Positions 60,009 through 64,000 of a DNA stretch of 64,000 nucleotides are shown here, piece after piece. Position 1 is the first letter of the stretch, and each line of letters starts with the position of its first letter. Position numbers and translations under genes: made by a program. Location: contig JASCQW010000150.1 of NCBI GenBank assembly GCA_030264375.1, positions 24,832,142-24,896,141 on the forward strand, read 5' to 3'. The notes beneath the pieces are model-generated. The model was not told the DNA's origin. It saw only the letters and a program-made list of their open reading frames with translations, and ran no database searches. The stretch comes from Carcharhinus longimanus. Taxonomy: Eukaryota.

Positions 60009-62474
60009 TATCTTTAAAACTATTCTGCCCCCCTCCCCACAACCATCTTCCTGCACCTATTGCTGCCATCACAGCTGATAGTCTATATGTCTCTGGGTCT
60101 CCATTCACAATATCTACAGCAAGTTGACAGGTTTTAAGTTAGTGCCGTTCCTTCTCACAGAACTGCTACCTTACTGTCTACTTGCTGTGAAAATGCAATT
60201 ATTTTGGCATCCAAAGAGCCAGTGAAACAACCCTCCACCACTGAAATGGAATTGTTAAACTTGTAGATTTTCTTTCTTTCCCCACGAGGGCCTCCACTTG
60301 GCAACTGCCCACACTTACTGACTGAGATCAAGAGTTCCGTATTGGGGAATCGCAGGTGCTGACTCTGGTCCCATCACTGAGTGTGTGGCTTCTGCCTCTC
60401 AAAGCACACATTGATTATTGCCTTTGACAATAAGTCAGAAATACTGGGTTCTCACTTTGCAAAATGATTCCCACTCTGGTGGTTGTTTGTGACACATTGA
60501 TCAGTTGTTTGGTGCTCTGCTCAATAGGTAAGTAGCCAATTGGGAGTGCATAAGGAGAATTGAGTTTGACTTGTGTGAAAATCCAGCTAACCATAGCTTT
60601 CCTGTGAAGGGGTCAGAAATGTGGTTTTCAATCTCAAAACGGTTCAGTTTGTGGCATCACAGATGGGTGATGGAAGACCTGCAGATAAGCCAACACTTAA
60701 ACCCGATAATGATGTCTGAATTGTTACATACTTTGCTATTTTGCTTCATTACTTTGCACTTTTGTATTTGAGATGGTCTGAAATAAGCAGAAAACGAAAA
60801 GCCATGTGTATATCGAGAATAAAATCACTATTAATTAACAGATTGCAAGCGGGGCATTGTAATGAGTCGCGACACTGGAATTGTTGGTAAATCCAGATAT
60901 AGTTCAGCTCTTTTCGTTATCTCACTGACGAGGCGGGGTAAGTCTGGAGAAAGGGTACTTTCTGTTCAAAATACTCTGTGACAGGAGATGTCCCTGCCAG
61001 AATGTTTTTTTTAAGCAGTTGGTTTTCTTAACTGCAAGGAAACACAATACCCATGGAGATGTGGAACACTATGGGATTTGGAGGTTCTTGGGATTGCTCT
61101 GATGCCCGACCTACAAAGTGTTTCCTACGGAGCCGCTCAGAAACAGTCCTTGCCACTGGTAACACTGGAGCCACCTAGCAGAGAGGGTTGCTTAACTCAA
61201 CATGCTAATGCTGACCAAGCGTCTTGTCAAACTGCCCCTCCTTAAAGTGGGGGAAATGTCCTGAGTGAAATTTACTTGCCTGATTTTGTTTCTTATTCAC
61301 TTGCATAAGTTTTAGGAGCACAATTAGCACTTAACGGTGAAACGTGACAAAATTAATTTTGGAATATTCTGGAGGTTTGGGCCGAGCAGCTTATTTTTGG
61401 AGGGAGCGGGCACTCTCGCTTTCCATTGAGCCTGTGCTGCACTTGGACACTAGAAGGGACCAATCTGCCAATTTCCAACACTAACGTCAATCAACATGAA
61501 AACCGCTTGGACCAAGGTGCCAGGTTCAAGCTCTGGTCTCTGCTGAGTTGACTGATCTTTAGCTTGGAGGCAATGGGAGGGGCAACAATTGACACCAGGA
61601 AGCCACAGTGGGAATATGGATTGGGGTGGTGGGAAATTGGTCAAGACTGCTGCTCCCGACAGTTTTCTAGAGTCCCTTTGATGGAACAAGCATGTATGTG
61701 GTTGTCGGGTGAGGGCAATATTGAACTTCCTCGGTCAGAGGCACTTAGCCAGATCAGAGCACCTCAATTTCCGAGCCTGGTTGATCCACTTACTCCAATA
61801 GTGGCTGAGAATTAGGCTTGGAGCATTTAAAATCCGATGGTTGTAAAATGTGGTGATGCTGATGTGGAGTTGCTGTAGATCTGTTCTAGATACAGTTCCT
61901 AAAAAACTCATTCCAGTGTTCTTTGTCATTTTACGGGTGAGATACGGATATTTCTGGGTGCACATTGCATAAGAGTAAAGTACATGTATATTTGAGCTGA
62001 ATTATAACTCTCTTGAGCTGCTCTAAGTCTTGCTACTGTTCATGGTCCTACTTATATTATTGTATTGAACAGAGGTCAAGATTTTGACATGAAAATAAAG
62101 ACATACATTGAGACTACTTTGCCTCTAATCCCTTCATTAATGGTTTGCACCCATTGTGTTTGAATTGATTGCTGCCTATTGTGCAATCCGTCTTCCACTA
62201 ATAGAGCGTTCTCTTGAATCTGAACTCCTTATTGCTGAACAAATGATAGAAATCGGGTCACTAACTGGGAGCAAGGCAAAGGTTTATTCTCAACCTGCTG
62301 AACAGGATGGGGACTCTGCCAGTTTGGGTTCAGACTGGGTACTCTGGCTGTTTTCTCATTCTCACTTTCCATCACAATGGATCTGACCTAATCGCAAGCT
62401 CGAACTCACACAGATGTATTTCGGGCAACTATTTTCTAATGTTAAGATACTTATTACAATGGAATATACCAGTG

Positions 62475-62637
62475 ATGTGCAGGTTAGGTTGATAGGCCAT
62501 GCCAAATTGCCCCGTAGTGTCGGGGGTTAATAGGGTAAATAGGTAGGGTTATGGAAATAAGGCCTGGGTGGGATTGTTGTTGGTGCAAACTCTTTGGGCT
62601 GAATGGCTTTCTTCTGCACTGCAGGGATTCTGTGATT
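62475..62637 (+). mobile_element. V-SINE 3' half
   Basis: gatgtgcaggttaggttgataggccatg...cttctgcactgcagggattctgtga. Confidence 0.8.
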
Positions 62638-63199
62638 CACACAGTTTTGCTCTCGCACAGATACACACTTGCTGAATCTCACGTACACATTCTAAGAATC
62701 AAACACTGACAAACACCCCATTCGATTTCCGTCCCCCCCCCGCCATGTACAAACACACACACCCGACCCTCACATATACACACATATTGGCTGACTTGTG
62801 AAGACACATCACTCCCATTTCTTGCACTATGTTTACACACTGTCTCTCACTCAGTCTTGCGCACGATCACACACGAACAATGCTATCTAGCCTCATTTGA
62901 TCGAGGTTAAAAGTGAGACAGTTACAGTTGTATAGAACTGCACCAGAGAAACAAGCCATTTTGTCAAATTGGTCTGTACTCCACAAAAGCATCTCCCAGT
63001 CCCTTCATCCAACTCTGAGCGTAACCTTCTGTTCCTTGTTTTTTTTTCAAAAATATACTTTATTCATAAAAATCTCAAGTAAACTATTACAANNNNNNNN
63101 NNNNNNNNNNNNNNNNNNNNNNNNNNNNNNNNNNNNNNNNNNNNNNNNNNNNNNNNNNNNNNNNNNNNNNNNNNNNNNNNNNNNNNNNNNNNAACATAT

Positions 63200-63800
63200 C
63201 AATGCTATTTAGCCCAACTTCTTAGGCTAGTGAGTTCCACATTCTCATCACACTGAGTAACAGAGGATCTCCTGAATTCCCTATGTATTATTTATCCTTT
63301 GTGTATTTATCATTTCCAAGAATGGAAACACCTATGCCTACATTATCAAACCCTTAAAGATCTCTATTAAGTCATCTCCTTGACCTTCCTGTTTTGATTG
63401 AAATGAGCCCAGCCTCCCATTTTTGGCATTGCTCTTGTCAAGCTTTCTTTGAACTTTCCCAATTCCACGTGTCATTTTTATATAATGGAGATCAGAACTG
63501 TTCACAGTGGGCCAAATGTGGTCTAACAAATTTAACATCACTTTTCTGCTTTTCAATTTTCTCTAGACATTGGCCATCAAGTACTTGCTTTGCTCTTTAT
63601 ATAACCTTATTAACTGCCATTGCTCCTTTCAGCAATGTGTGTCTGTGCTCCCAGATCCCTTTGCTCCTGTGGCCCATTTAGGAACTTACTTTCCCAAGGA
63701 GTGTGTGGCTTCTTCATTCTTCCTATCAAAACGTAAGACATTACACTATTATGTTTAAATTGAGTTGCTAATTTCTTGCAAGTTTATTATTGTCTTGTAT
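63200..63800 (-). mobile_element. Old CR1 LINE fragment
   Basis: Decayed minus-strand KSRKVMLNLL..HIW...GDDLIEIFK. Confidence 0.6.
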
Positions 63801-64000
63801 TTTTGAGGACACATGATGGATTTTCACTCTGTTCTGCATCATAATGTATGCCGTAGCTGTTTATAGGACAGTCTGACTAGGTCAGTCCACCAGACGCTTT
63901 AGTGACACTCACTATCTTGTTTTTGAAAGCCTTCTCTTTTGCCTTTGCATGAGACCTGAGTGTTAGAAAGTTCACTTGTCTGATGTGACCTCTGATTTAG

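Noticed and set aside
60010-62470. Possible downstream gene or exon in the unique sequence after ABCA
   Set aside because: No ORF with recognisable homology or convincing exon structure; it may be extended UTR or intergenic.

Overview
This is eukaryotic vertebrate genomic DNA, most likely from a cartilaginous fish (shark) given its V-SINE/HE1-like, Deu-SINE and CR1 repeats, with several N gaps. The window holds the 3' half of one + strand ABCA-subfamily lipid transporter gene: 26 GT-AG exons (4591-56491, about 1,078 codons, phase-consistent) encoding R1, ECD2, TMD2, NBD2, R2 and the C-terminus. Exon sizes follow ABCA1, but many diagnostic residues are ABCA7-like. My best call is an ABCA7 orthologue that kept ABCA1-type motifs (PEST-like segment, VFVNFA, PDZ-type ESSV). 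The introns are dense in mobile elements: about 20 V-SINEs with two different tails, Deu-SINEs, CR1, Rex1 and L2 LINE fragments, a solo LTR, Gypsy gag/protease relics, Harbinger-like relics and MITEs, and Penelope-like elements. Three observations stand out. (1) Hairpin Penelope-like termini carry minimal hammerhead ribozyme cores. (2) A 5.3-kb block bracketed by such termini splits a SINE and is flanked by a 12-13 bp target-site duplication. (3) A 33-bp minisatellite has expanded inside a Deu-SINE core. Family assignments rest on recalled motifs, not database searches, and repeat boundaries are approximate.
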